Shown here piece after piece: positions 40,991 to 50,980 of a stretch of 64,000 nucleotides of DNA (position 1 is its first letter; each line of letters begins with the position of its first letter). The notes below the pieces were generated by a model. The model had not been told where the DNA came from and did no database searches. It saw nothing but the letters and a program-made list of their open reading frames with translations. Origin of the DNA: an uncultured Verrucomicrobiae bacterium (GTDB taxonomy: Bacteria > Verrucomicrobiota > Verrucomicrobiia > Limisphaerales > Palsa-1400). The DNA is taken from assembly GCA_963702845.1 (NCBI GenBank), contig OY969763.1, forward strand, positions 3,296,001 through 3,360,000, in the 5' to 3' direction. The translations under genes and the position numbers were made by a program.

Positions 40991-43835
40991 TTACTTTGCT
41001 TTAAATGTCCAGATGGCGGTGAGGGAGGAGGTCCAGGTTTCGCCGGGGCATGAGATTGTGCCGGTGATTTGTTTGCTGGCGCCGGTCCAGTCGAGGTGCA
41101 GGTTGATTGCAAGATCGGGTTTGGATGCGCTCGATCGGCTGATGGTGGTGGTGCTGTTGCCAGCAAGATCAAAGGTTCCCTTGATCGAGTAGCTTACGCC
41201 ATTGAGGTAGAGTTTGCCGCTATAAACGCGTTGCATGGCCACAGAGGCTGTGAGTGTTCCGGCGCTTTGGATATTGATAGCCGGCGAACCGTCGCCGTTG
41301 GTTTGACAGAATAGGCCCTGATACGTGCCGGTTACAGAGGCTGGTGTGCCGTAGTAATATGTCTGGTTGGTGGCCGCGCTAGGATTGCCGCGATAGTCAA
41401 AGCATCGGACGCTGAATGTGTTCCATCCCGGCGTCAGGGTGATGTTCGCTGTCCAATTGGTGAGTTTAGTTATGGTCGCCAGTTGTGGGGCATTGCCGTT
41501 CAACGAGTATAAAACAACCGCAACACCGGTTTTCACTTTGCCGGCCGTATCTTTTGCAATTCCTGAGACTGTGACGTTTGGTGAATTGCTGAAGATGGCG
41601 TTGTTGTGCGGTGAAGTGATCGTCACCACAGGATTGTTGGTATCGAGTGGATTGCCACTGCCTGAAATCACCAGTGTATAAGTCGCACCGCCTGTGCAGC
41701 CATTCGTATCAGTGGCGGTAACGGTGATGGTGTTTGTGCTTAAGCCAATCGGCAAGCCTGCAAGGGTTCCGTTTGAGGTGAGCGTCATTCCATTCGGCAG
41801 CGAGCCGCTCGTCACCGCATACGAGTATGATCCAACCCCGCCACTCGCGGTGATGTTTTGGTTATACGCCGACGCCAGTGTGCCGCCGGGCAAGGTCGCG
41901 GGATTTAGGATAATGGTTGGGCATGCAGTGGTGATACTGTAATTACCGGCGCCGCTGCAGCCGTTGGTGTCTGTCGCTTCGACTGTAAAATTAAACGTTC
42001 CAAGTGTCGTGGGACTACCCGAAATAGCGCCGCTCGTCGATAAGTTCAACCCGGGCGGCAGCGAGCCTGCGGAGACGGCAAATGTATATGGAGCAGCGCC
42101 GTCGCTTGCTGTGATGTTTTGACTGAATGCCGCCGCCAGTGTGCCAGCGGACAATGTCCCTGGATGTAGTGAAATGGTTGGGCAATTAACGGTGATACTG
42201 TAATTGCTGCTGGCATTACATCCGTTGGTATCTGTTGCCTGAACTACAAAATTAAACGTTCCAAGGGCCGCGGGCGTACCTGAAATAGCGCCGCCCGTTG
42301 ATAAGTGCAATCCGGTTGGCAGCGAGCCTCCTGTGACGAGATAGGTATACGGAGCAGCGCCGCCGCTCGCTGTAATGTTTTGGCTGTAGGCTGCCGCCTC
42401 CAGTGTGCCGTCGGGCAGTGTCGCTGGGCTTAGTGCAATGGTTGGGCAATTAACGGCGAGACTGTAATTGGTGCTGCCATTACATCCGTTGGTATCTGTC
42501 GCCTGGATTGTAAAATTAAACGTTCCAAGTGCCCTGGGCGTTCCCGAGATAGCGCCGCCTGCCGACAAGTTCAACCCGGGCGGCAGCGAGCCTGCGGTTA
42601 CGGAATACGTGTATGCAGCAGCCCCGCCACTGGCAGTAATGTTCTGGCTGTAGGCCACCACCGCCACCGTGCCGGCGGGCATTGTTGCTGGACTCAACGA
42701 GATGGTCGGGCAATTAGGCGATCCTTTCCGGATCGTCTCATTATAGAAGTCGGCGACATAAACGTTGCCCGAGGAATCGGTCGTGATACCTTGCGGCCAG
42801 TCGAACGTAGCCGAGCTACCTTTTCCGTTGGCGCTGCCCGTGACTCCGGGGACACCTGCCAACGTCGTTACGACACCGTCCGGTGTGATCATGCGAATCG
42901 TTTTGTTAAAACCGTCCGTCACGTAAACGTTATCCGAAGAATCGGTCGCGACTGCCCAAGGGGCGTAGAATCTGGCGGCGCTGCCAACGCCGTCGTCGCT
43001 GCCTTGAGCTCCGGCCAGGCCCGCTATAGTTGTGACATGACCGGCAGGGGTGATTTTACGAATGTTGTTGTTGTCGTAATCAGCCGCATAAATATTCCCA
43101 GCCCCATCGATCGCCAGGCCAAACAAGCCGGTGAACGTTGCTGAACTGCCGTCGCCGTCATTGGAACCTGGAATTCCAGGCGAACCGGCGAACGTCGTGA
43201 CATCGCCCGCAGGTGTGATCTTACGAATTACACGGTTTAAGCCGTCAGCTACGTAGAGGTTGCCTGAGGTATCGATCGTTAGACCTCTCGGCATCGCGAA
43301 AAACGCGTTCGAACCGTTGCCATCAGCAGCGGCCCAAACTCCCGCCCGACCGGCGAATGTTGTCACCACTCCTGCGGGCGTAACTTTACGAATAGTGGCA
43401 TTGTAAGTATCGGCCACATAGACGTTCCCATTCGTATCCGGCACGACCGCGGTCGGCGAGTAGAACTGCGCCGCGCTGCCGGTGCCGTCAGCGCTGCGCC
43501 GCGCTGCCGGTGCCGTCAGCGCTGCCTGAAACTCCAACTTGACCGGCTAAGGTCGTTACGACGCCAGCAGGCGTGATTTTGCGAATCACCTGATTGTTGA
43601 AATCGGCGACGTATATATTGCCGGTCGAATCGGACGCGATGCCGGAGGGACTGAAAAACTGTGCCGCACTACCGGTGCCGTCAGCGTAGCCTTGTACACT
43701 CCCGGCAAACGAGGTGAAGGTGTAAGGCTCGTAGTTTACATCCGCGCGAAGTTGGACTGCGGTTAGGGTGATGATGCCAGTCAGGCAGGCGCCTGCGAAT
43801 CTGGCAATGGTTTTGGTTTTGTATATAGGTTTCAT
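40991..43835 (-). CDS. Secreted NHL-repeat + putative Ig-repeat surface protein, frameshifted by a 28-bp tandem duplication; C-terminus possibly truncated
   Basis: Signal peptide; NHL units GNVYVAD..N.TIRKITPAG.VTT.AG; four Ig units ITASGG..PY.Y.V..GSLP.GL.LS..GAISGTP. ctgcgccgcgctgccggtgccgtcagcg is duplicated at 43466-43521. Confidence 0.85.
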
Positions 43836-43973
43836 TTTGACCTTAATGAGCTGTTACTGTTTGCCAAGAGCCATGTGCGTTTCGTCCCCAGGGGCGCAAG
43901 GGAGTGGTTTCTGGGATTGTCAGGGATTTTCCCTGATAAGGGCAAGCTTTTATATTTGACAAATTTTCGCAAC

Positions 43974-45043
43974 AAGGGTCAGACCATAGCATGGTTCATT
44001 TTGTTTGACACGGATTTGGCGCGCTGTAAAACCGAAGCATGCCCCGCAAGCTTCGTGTTGAATATCCGGGCGCGATTTACCACGTCATGAGTCGCGGTGA
44101 TCGCCGCGAAGATATTTTTGTGGGCGACGTCGATAGACACGATTTCATCAAAACGCTGGCTGAAGCCTGCCAGAAGACCCGCTGGCAAATTCACGCCTAC
44201 TGCCTGATGCGAAACCATTTTCATTTGGTTTTAGAAACGCCCGAAGCCAATCTGGTCAGCGGCATGCGTTGGCTTCTGAGCAGTTATACCATTCGGCTCA
44301 ATCATCGCCACAAGCTCTTCGGGCACGTCTTTAGTGGACGATACAAGGCGCAGATCGTCGATGGCAGCGGCAACGGCTATCTGCGCACAGCATGTGATTA
44401 CGTCCACTTAAATCCCGTGCGCGCAAAACTTTTGCCGCGAGACCAGCGACTCATCAGCTATCCATGGAGCAGCCTCCTTTGGTATCTGACCGCGCCGCAA
44501 CATCGTCCTTCTTGGATTCGAGTCGACCGGCTCTTGGGCGAACACGGCATTAACCAGGATAATGCGTCTGGACGCGAACAGTTCGAGCGGCGGATGGAAG
44601 CGCATCGCACGTGGGAAGATGACCAAAAAACGCTCGCTCCATTACGCCGCGGCTGGTGCCTGGGGAGCGAAGAATTCCGCAAAAGCCTGCTGCTGCGGAT
44701 GCAATCAAAACTGGGCGACAACCACTCAGGCCAACTGCGTCGTCAAAGCGCGGAAACAAAAGCCGAGGAGATTATTGGAAAAGAAATGGCTCAGCGCCGT
44801 TGGACCGAAGGCCACCTCAAAAACCTGCGCAAAAGCGATCCAGAGAAATTGAAGATCGCGGCACGGTTGCGTCGCGAAACGGTCCTGCCACTGAAATGGA
44901 TTGCGACGCGCCTGCATCTTGGAACGTCCAAGAGCGCCAACGCCAGGATTCACGCATGGATGAAGAACCAGAAACCTCAATCACACGCCAATTCGTGCCT
45001 AAACCCTTAACAAAAAATGGACCATGCTATGGTTTGACCCCTT
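43974..45043 (+). mobile_element. IS-like unit: HUH Y1 transposase bounded by about 32-bp inverted repeats
   Basis: Left IR 43974-44005 aagggtcagaccatagcatggttcattttgtt; right IR 45009-45043, reverse complement aaggggtcaaaccatagcatggtccattttttgtt. Confidence 0.85.
44039..45010 (+). CDS. RAYT / IS200-like Y1 HUH transposase with C-terminal HTH extension
   Basis: MPRKLRVEYPGAIYHVMSRG, AYCLMRNHFHL (HUH), GHVFSGRYK, DYVHLNPVRA (catalytic Tyr), YPWSS. Confidence 0.93.
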   Translation: MPRKLRVEYPGAIYHVMSRGDRREDIFVGDVDRHDFIKTLAEACQKTRWQIHAYCLMRNHFHLVLETPEANLVSGMRWLLSSYTIRLNHRHKLFGHVFSGRYKAQIVDGSGNGYLRTACDYVHLNPVRAKLLPRDQRLISYPWSSLLWYLTAPQHRPSWIRVDRLLGEHGINQDNASGREQFERRMEAHRTWEDDQKTLAPLRRGWCLGSEEFRKSLLLRMQSKLGDNHSGQLRRQSAETKAEEIIGKEMAQRRWTEGHLKNLRKSDPEKLKIAARLRRETVLPLKWIATRLHLGTSKSANARIHAWMKNQKPQSHANSCLNP

Positions 45044-45228
45044 TGATGATGGTTGGTTTCCACGATGCCTACCAGTTGGGCCTCCGGGTGTTCGGCGATG
45101 TGCGGGATAAAGCCGCCCGCATGGTCATGGTTCAAGCCAAGAATGGCAAACCGCACCGGGCCGGATTGGTCCGCATAGACGGTGACGACCGCGAGCGAGA
45201 GAACACAGAGAGTAACGAATCGCTTCAT
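45044..45228 (-). pseudogene. Gfo/Idh/MocA oxidoreductase N-terminal fragment, cut at the element end
   Basis: Signal peptide + PVRFAILGLNHDHAGGF..AQLVGIVE Rossmann start, then reads directly into the right IR. Confidence 0.7.
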
Positions 45229-45379
45229 GGCCCGAGGGTAGATATTCTTTTTCTGGAAACCAACCGTAGTGTTGAGAATCTGTGGCCGTCGACAGGTTAG
45301 CTATTAGACTTGGTATATCGGCGAAGCCACTAATTTGATTTGTTCAACAATGTTCCCACCCGTAGACTGAATAGCTCGA

Positions 45380-46102
45380 ATGAAAACATTCGCTGATTTG
45401 GGATTTCCGGGCCGATTGATCGCCGTCGAAGGATTGGACGGCTCCGGCAAATCCACGCAGATTTATCTACTGAAACGCTGGCTCGAATTGCAGGGACTCA
45501 AAGTCTTCTTCAGCGAGTGGAATTCCTCAGCTCTCGTCAAAAACGCCACCAGCAAGGGCAAAAAGCGCGAACTACTCACGCCGACGACGTTCAGCCTCAT
45601 TCACGCCACCGATTTTGCCGACCGCTACGAACGCCACCTCGTTCCCTTGTTGCGCGCCGGTTACCTCGTTCTCTGCGACCGCTATATTTATACGGCGTTC
45701 GCTCGCGACACCGTCCGCGGCTGCCCACCTGAATGGGTGCGGCGGATTTACGATTTTGCGGCATTGCCCGATCTGACCTTCTTTTTCAAAGCGGACCTCG
45801 AAGTGTCGCTGAATCGCATTTTGGATAATCGTCCCGAACTCAAATATTTCGAAGCCGGCATGGACATGCGCCTTTCGACCGACCCATACGAGAGCTTCCG
45901 CATTTTCCAAGGGCGCATCCTGGAGCAATACCTCGGCATGCGCGACGAATTCAATTTTGTGACGATCGACGCAAACGCCACCATCGAACCGCAACAACAG
46001 CGAGTGCGCGAACTGGTGGGTAAGCGGATCGACCTGTCGAAGTTCGCCATGCACATTCACACGAAGCCCCCTTTCCTGACTCATGCCGCCAAAAAACGCT
46101 AA
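45380..46102 (+). CDS. Thymidylate-kinase-like protein A
   Basis: LIAVEGLDGSGKSTQ P-loop; CDRYIYT; PDLTFF. Confidence 0.88.
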   Translation: MKTFADLGFPGRLIAVEGLDGSGKSTQIYLLKRWLELQGLKVFFSEWNSSALVKNATSKGKKRELLTPTTFSLIHATDFADRYERHLVPLLRAGYLVLCDRYIYTAFARDTVRGCPPEWVRRIYDFAALPDLTFFFKADLEVSLNRILDNRPELKYFEAGMDMRLSTDPYESFRIFQGRILEQYLGMRDEFNFVTIDANATIEPQQQRVRELVGKRIDLSKFAMHIHTKPPFLTHAAKKR

Positions 46103-46811
46103 ATCCACAACTGCGAAACGTCAGTCGCGCCGGTTTTACGGACAAGGAATTCCTGGCGTCGATCTTACTAAACTCGCCGGCAAACTGATTGTCGTTGAAG
46201 GCGCCGATGGCTCCGGTCGTTCAACGCAAATCGAACGACTGGTGCAGTGGCTCGAAGGTTGCGGTCACGCCACCGTGCAGATCGGCCTGAAACGTTCGAC
46301 TCTCGTCAGCGAAGACCTCGACAAAGCGCAGGAGGGCAACATTCTCAGCCACCGCACGATGAGCCTGTTCTACGCGACCGATTTTGCCGATCAGTTGGAA
46401 AACAATATTCTGCCCGCGTTACGTTCAGGGTTCATGGTCATGGCCGACCGTTACATCTACACCTTGATCGTGCGCGATCTCGTCCGGGGCATGGACGAGC
46501 AATGGCTGAAAAATATTTACGGAATTGCGCTCGTTCCCGACGCTGTGTTTTACCTCGATGTTGCACCAGTTGAATTGATCGATCGCAATTTTGCCAAGAA
46601 CCATGCGCTCGACCATTGGGAAAGCGGTATGGACCTCGGCCTTTCCCCCGAAATTTTCGACAGCTTCTTAAAATATCAATCGCTCGTCGCCGCGCGCTTC
46701 AAGGACCTTCAGGCCACCTACGGGTTCACCATCGTTGATGGTAATAAATCACCAGACGATGTTAACCTGGAACTGCGAACAAAAATCGAACGGCTGCTCA
46801 ATTCGAATTAA
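46083..46811 (+). CDS. Thymidylate-kinase-like protein B (P-loop Lys replaced by Arg)
   Basis: LIVVEGADGSGRSTQ; ADRYIYT; PDAVFYL. Overlaps gene A by 20 nt. Confidence 0.88.
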   Translation: MPPKNAKSTTAKRQSRRFYGQGIPGVDLTKLAGKLIVVEGADGSGRSTQIERLVQWLEGCGHATVQIGLKRSTLVSEDLDKAQEGNILSHRTMSLFYATDFADQLENNILPALRSGFMVMADRYIYTLIVRDLVRGMDEQWLKNIYGIALVPDAVFYLDVAPVELIDRNFAKNHALDHWESGMDLGLSPEIFDSFLKYQSLVAARFKDLQATYGFTIVDGNKSPDDVNLELRTKIERLLNSN

Positions 46812-46826
46812 TTCCCACGCGAACGC

Positions 46827-47786
46827 ATGAGCACTCCCGCCCCAGCCTCCGGCTCAGTTCGACGCGCGGTCATCGACATCGGAACGAACTCGATCAAACT
46901 TTTGGTCGGCGATGTCAAAGACGGATTCATCACACCCGTTTCCGAGGGCAGCAAGCAAACGCGACTTGGAGCCGGATTCTATCGCGATCATCGGCTGCAA
47001 CCAGAAGCTATCGCCAATACTGCCAAAGCCGTCGCCGACTATGCGATCGAAGCGCGGCAGCAAGGCGCGCAGTCGATTCTGGTCATCGCGACCAGCGCAA
47101 CTCGCGACGCTCAGAATGCCCAGCAGTTGTTAGACGCAATCAAAGACACCGCTCAATTGCCCGTGCGAATCCTGTCGGGCGACGAAGAAGCCGAATGGGT
47201 CTTCGGCGGAGTGATGACCGATCCAAAATTATCCGCTGAATCCCTGTTCATTATCGACGTCGGCGGCGGCTCATCCGAAATCATACTCGGCGAGAATGGC
47301 CATAAATCCTGGTCCGGCAGTTTCAATATTGGCGCGGTCCGTCTATTGGAACCGTTACAACTCTCCGATCCTCCCGGTTTATCCGCACTCGAAAACTGCC
47401 GCGGTTCATTGCGAGACTTTTTTGCAAATGACGCCGCGCCCAAGATCGGCAATGCCGTGCAGCAATCGGGCAAGAAAATGCAATTCATCGGCGTCGGCGG
47501 CACGGCCACCATCCTCGCGCGCGTTGAACAGCAGCTCGACACATTTGATCGCGACCGCATCGAAAATGCGCGCGTGCCCCTTACAAAACTAAAGCACGAC
47601 CTGGAATCCCTTTGGCAGAAGTCTCTGGCTGAACGTCAGCAGGTAGTTGGCATTCCAAAAAAGCGCGCCGACGTCATCCTGACCGGCATGGCCATTTACG
47701 AAGCAGTGATGACGCAATTTGGCTTTAACGAAGTCCGCGTCAGCACTCGCGGATTGCGCTACTTTGCGCTGCTCCAGGCTCACTGA
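46827..47786 (+). CDS. ppx: Ppx/GppA exopolyphosphatase (short form)
   Basis: AVIDIGTNSIKL, ATSATRDA, LSGDEEA, IDVGGGSSE, GVGGT, RADVI, GLR. Confidence 0.93.
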   Translation: MSTPAPASGSVRRAVIDIGTNSIKLLVGDVKDGFITPVSEGSKQTRLGAGFYRDHRLQPEAIANTAKAVADYAIEARQQGAQSILVIATSATRDAQNAQQLLDAIKDTAQLPVRILSGDEEAEWVFGGVMTDPKLSAESLFIIDVGGGSSEIILGENGHKSWSGSFNIGAVRLLEPLQLSDPPGLSALENCRGSLRDFFANDAAPKIGNAVQQSGKKMQFIGVGGTATILARVEQQLDTFDRDRIENARVPLTKLKHDLESLWQKSLAERQQVVGIPKKRADVILTGMAIYEAVMTQFGFNEVRVSTRGLRYFALLQAH

Positions 47787-49033
47787 CCTGCCAGAAAGCG
47801 TTGCCTCCATTGAAAGCGTGAGATTTTTCCACGTTGTGGATCAGCCAGAGAAGACACAAAGCTCCAATGCCGCGGCACTTGCGTCGATGGAAGCACCTTC
47901 AATAAAAATTGTTTCAATTCCTCCGGCTCCACTGGTGCCCGGGACGTAACGCATGCCGCAATCGTTTCATTTCGCGCGCTGTCCCCAGCCGGAACTCCAA
48001 ATACCACGCACTCGCTGACCAGCGGATGTTTCAACAACGCTTGCTCAATCGTATCAGGCGAAATTTTCTGCCCGGCGATATTGATGACGTCGGTATCTCT
48101 CCCCAGCAATCTCACTCTTCCGCCGCAAATCTGCACTCGATCGGTGGTCTGGAAAACACCGTTGGAAACTGTCGGCTGCGGCGTTGGCCAATAGCTCAGC
48201 GCCACAGCCTTGCTGCGCACGCGCAAACACCCGTCGGAATTCAAATCCACATCCACATTCGTCATCGGCGACCCAACGTCCTGCGCACACTCGCGAGGAA
48301 CAGCTGATTTGTCGTAGCAAATTCCCCCGCATTCACTGGCTCCGTAGAAATTGTGAATCTTTACTCCCGCTTCATCAGAAATCGTCCGCTTGAGATCAAT
48401 CGGCAGAGGCGCGCCAGCCGAGATTGCCAGTTTGATTTTTGGCGTAACGACTTTCGCTTCGTGCCAAATTTTCCACAGAGCAGGAACTCCAGCCACCGTA
48501 ACAAACTCAAAAGGTTCCGTGGCCAACCGAAACGCCTCGGGCAGACGCGATGGGCACAAAATGAGCGGGATACCGTGAAGCAAAAGTGGCAACACCAAAT
48601 TCGAAAAGCCGTACGAGTGTGCAATAGAAATTGCGGCGACATTCGGCCAGTCGCGGCGCAGTCCCATTGTAGCGACGATATTATCAGCATCCGCCCAAAG
48701 CTGCTCGGCAGTGAAGGCAATGAATCGCGGGTCGCCAGTGCTGCCGGAACTGGTTTTCAGATGAATGCAACCATCAGGAAATGGCACGGAAACCTGAGGA
48801 AGCGTTTGTTGTGCAACGTCCACAGGACAAACCAGCCGTTGATTCCTCCAGCCTTGCAGCACTTCGATGATAAACCGGCTGGAGATTCCGGTTGGATAAA
48901 CAACGGCGGGCAGCTCTACCTTTTTTTCAGCCTCAGCAGCGAACTGAGCAAAGGTCCATTTGTGCCCAGCCTCAACCAGCGCGACATCGTTGCGGTGCAA
49001 CTGAACTGTCTTGAGCCACGCTTCGTAAAGCAT
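47780..49033 (-). CDS. AMP-binding acyl-CoA synthetase/ligase
   Basis: TSSGSTGDP, FYGASECG, FQTTD, GRDTDVINIAGQK, GK. Confidence 0.9.
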   Translation of the reverse strand: MLYEAWLKTVQLHRNDVALVEAGHKWTFAQFAAEAEKKVELPAVVYPTGISSRFIIEVLQGWRNQRLVCPVDVAQQTLPQVSVPFPDGCIHLKTSSGSTGDPRFIAFTAEQLWADADNIVATMGLRRDWPNVAAISIAHSYGFSNLVLPLLLHGIPLILCPSRLPEAFRLATEPFEFVTVAGVPALWKIWHEAKVVTPKIKLAISAGAPLPIDLKRTISDEAGVKIHNFYGASECGGICYDKSAVPRECAQDVGSPMTNVDVDLNSDGCLRVRSKAVALSYWPTPQPTVSNGVFQTTDRVQICGGRVRLLGRDTDVINIAGQKISPDTIEQALLKHPLVSECVVFGVPAGDSARNETIAACVTSRAPVEPEELKQFLLKVLPSTQVPRHWSFVSSLADPQRGKISRFQWRQRFLAGQ

Positions 49034-49109
49034 TGTCAGAGTATTAGGAGCGCACTACCTTTTGTGCAAGCGATATGCAACCAACTGTGGACGAGTCGAG
49101 ACCGAACAA

Positions 49110-49826
49110 ATGCCGCGAGAACAATCGCGAGCTTTTGACTTCGACCAAGACACCTTTGCGTTTCCAAACGAGCTGGTCTGGGAATATCGAATTGATCCAG
49201 TTACGCGCAAAACCACAGTTTTCAAAAACGACCCACCACCGACTTACGCACATCATTGCTTTGTTGTTGTGCGGGCGGCCAAGCAGTTTTTCCTGCACGC
49301 GACCTTTGTTCCTTCCGAAGCGCCATTGACCGATTCGCAATATACCACTGTCATCCGTAGATTGATGAGACGCAGTCCGCAAATTGCGTCACTCGATAAA
49401 ATTTCAATTCCGGGCTTCGCAAATCTGCGCGAATTTACTGCAGCCAAAAAAGAACTGCTCCAGTCAAACTGCGGAGGAGCCTGGCAGAGTTACGTGCAGC
49501 GTGGGAACTGGCGGATGGTATTTCCGTTTTCACGTTCGCATCAGGAGCGCGAAGCAAAGAGTCTGCTTAAGCCGGATCACAACGTTGCCCATCGTCCACA
49601 TCGTTACGTTTCCGCGCTTAAAAATTAATCATGCGATCATGTTGTTCGACGCACGTGATTCAGAGGACCGGGTGGAGTTTTTAGCCTACGACCCAAACAT
49701 CATTGATCGGCCAGCTCAGCTTGTTCTTCGACAAGGCCAAACGTAGCTTCAATTTCCCGCGAAAACCACTATTTCTCGGGTGGCAAAGTCAATGTTTAGA
49801 AGATTTACCGCGGCTTATTTTTGTGA
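49110..49826 (+). CDS. Hypothetical protein with a papain-like Cys/His/Asp pattern (frameshifts near 49570 and 49715-49800)
   Basis: Fragments YAHHCFVV ... INHAIMLF ... FLAYDPN ... YFSGGKVNV in successive frames. Confidence 0.6.
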
Positions 49827-50828
49827 GCTGGCTTTTTGCGCCAGAGGCTTACCTGCGAATAGAGGAATGCGAAGAAACAACAAGCCGCACACATTGATCC
49901 CGGCGGCGAAACCGATCTTATACATGTGCCCGACGTTGTTAGGCGCATAAATTTCGACGTCGAATCCACCCACGAGATTTGGCAGCGCACAAGGCGTCAA
50001 CGCGCCGTGCAACATACCAAGAAAGAAACCAGCGGGTTCTTTCGTCGTGCCGGGCTTGGCGGTATGGTTCAAAATCCAGCCGACAATCAAACCAACAATA
50101 ACAAACTGTAGAATGGATTCGGCCGCATTGAGCATCAGCTTGAATGCAGGAGGCGTCTCACGCGGCAAACTGCGGAACCATTTCAGCCATCGAATCGTGT
50201 CGCGGACCACGTCAATGTTACTGCGTTCATTTGCGTAGATGACCTGAACGGGAATTGCTTCAATCGACTGCGCATTCTGCGAGAACAACACGAGCATTTC
50301 CGAATCAATCTCAAACCGGCTCGTTTCAAGTGCGTCTTCAGAAAAAGCGCTCAGTTTCACCAAACGATAACCGCATTGTGTGTCCGGAAGAATGCGCCGG
50401 GTATAATTGGACAACAACCAACTCATCGTCGCATTGGTCAATCTGCGTAGCAAAGGCATCGTTTTTGGATTCGCCATCCGATTGCCAACAATGAAAGGCG
50501 CATGACTTTTTTCCGCGGCGGCAAAAAACGCCGGAATGTCGCCAGGCGAATGTTGTCCGTCGGCATCCATCATCAAAGCCCACTCGTATCCAAGCTTGCG
50601 GGCTTCGCGAAAACCAGTGATCAACGCCGCTCCTTTGCCGCGGTTTTTGTCGTGGCGAAAAACTTGTGCGCCAGCTTTGGCGGCCGCATCCGTTGTCGAG
50701 TCAGTCGATCCATCATCAACGACGATTACGTTCGGCAAATTATTGCGCACTTCGGCAATGACTCTGCCAATCTGACCCGAACCGTCCCGGCACGGCATAA
50801 TGACGACACACTTTTCTGACCAATTCAC
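49815..50828 (-). CDS. GT2 (DPM1-like) glycosyltransferase with a C-terminal membrane domain
   Basis: VVDDGSTD, NRGKGAA, MDADGQH, DTQCGYRL, FEIDSEML; tail GFFLGMLHG..IYAPNN.G..YKIG. Confidence 0.85.
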   Translation of the reverse strand: MNWSEKCVVIMPCRDGSGQIGRVIAEVRNNLPNVIVVDDGSTDSTTDAAAKAGAQVFRHDKNRGKGAALITGFREARKLGYEWALMMDADGQHSPGDIPAFFAAAEKSHAPFIVGNRMANPKTMPLLRRLTNATMSWLLSNYTRRILPDTQCGYRLVKLSAFSEDALETSRFEIDSEMLVLFSQNAQSIEAIPVQVIYANERSNIDVVRDTIRWLKWFRSLPRETPPAFKLMLNAAESILQFVIVGLIVGWILNHTAKPGTTKEPAGFFLGMLHGALTPCALPNLVGGFDVEIYAPNNVGHMYKIGFAAGINVCGLLFLRIPLFAGKPLAQKASSQK

Positions 50829-50980
50829 GCGCGCAACCTACAAGGTGAATCCATCAGGCAAAAGCCAAAACGGTTCTCCGAAACACGATATTTCGACGGG
50901 GAAATTCCCGATATATTTGATAGGCGCTTAAAAAACTAAAAAGAGTTGCGCCTCCGCACGAGCTTAGTAAAGCTGTTCTT

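Noticed and set aside
49815..50160. GT2-membrane domain fusion as a novel architecture
   Set aside because: Could be two genes merged by an assembly indel; it cannot be resolved without polishing.
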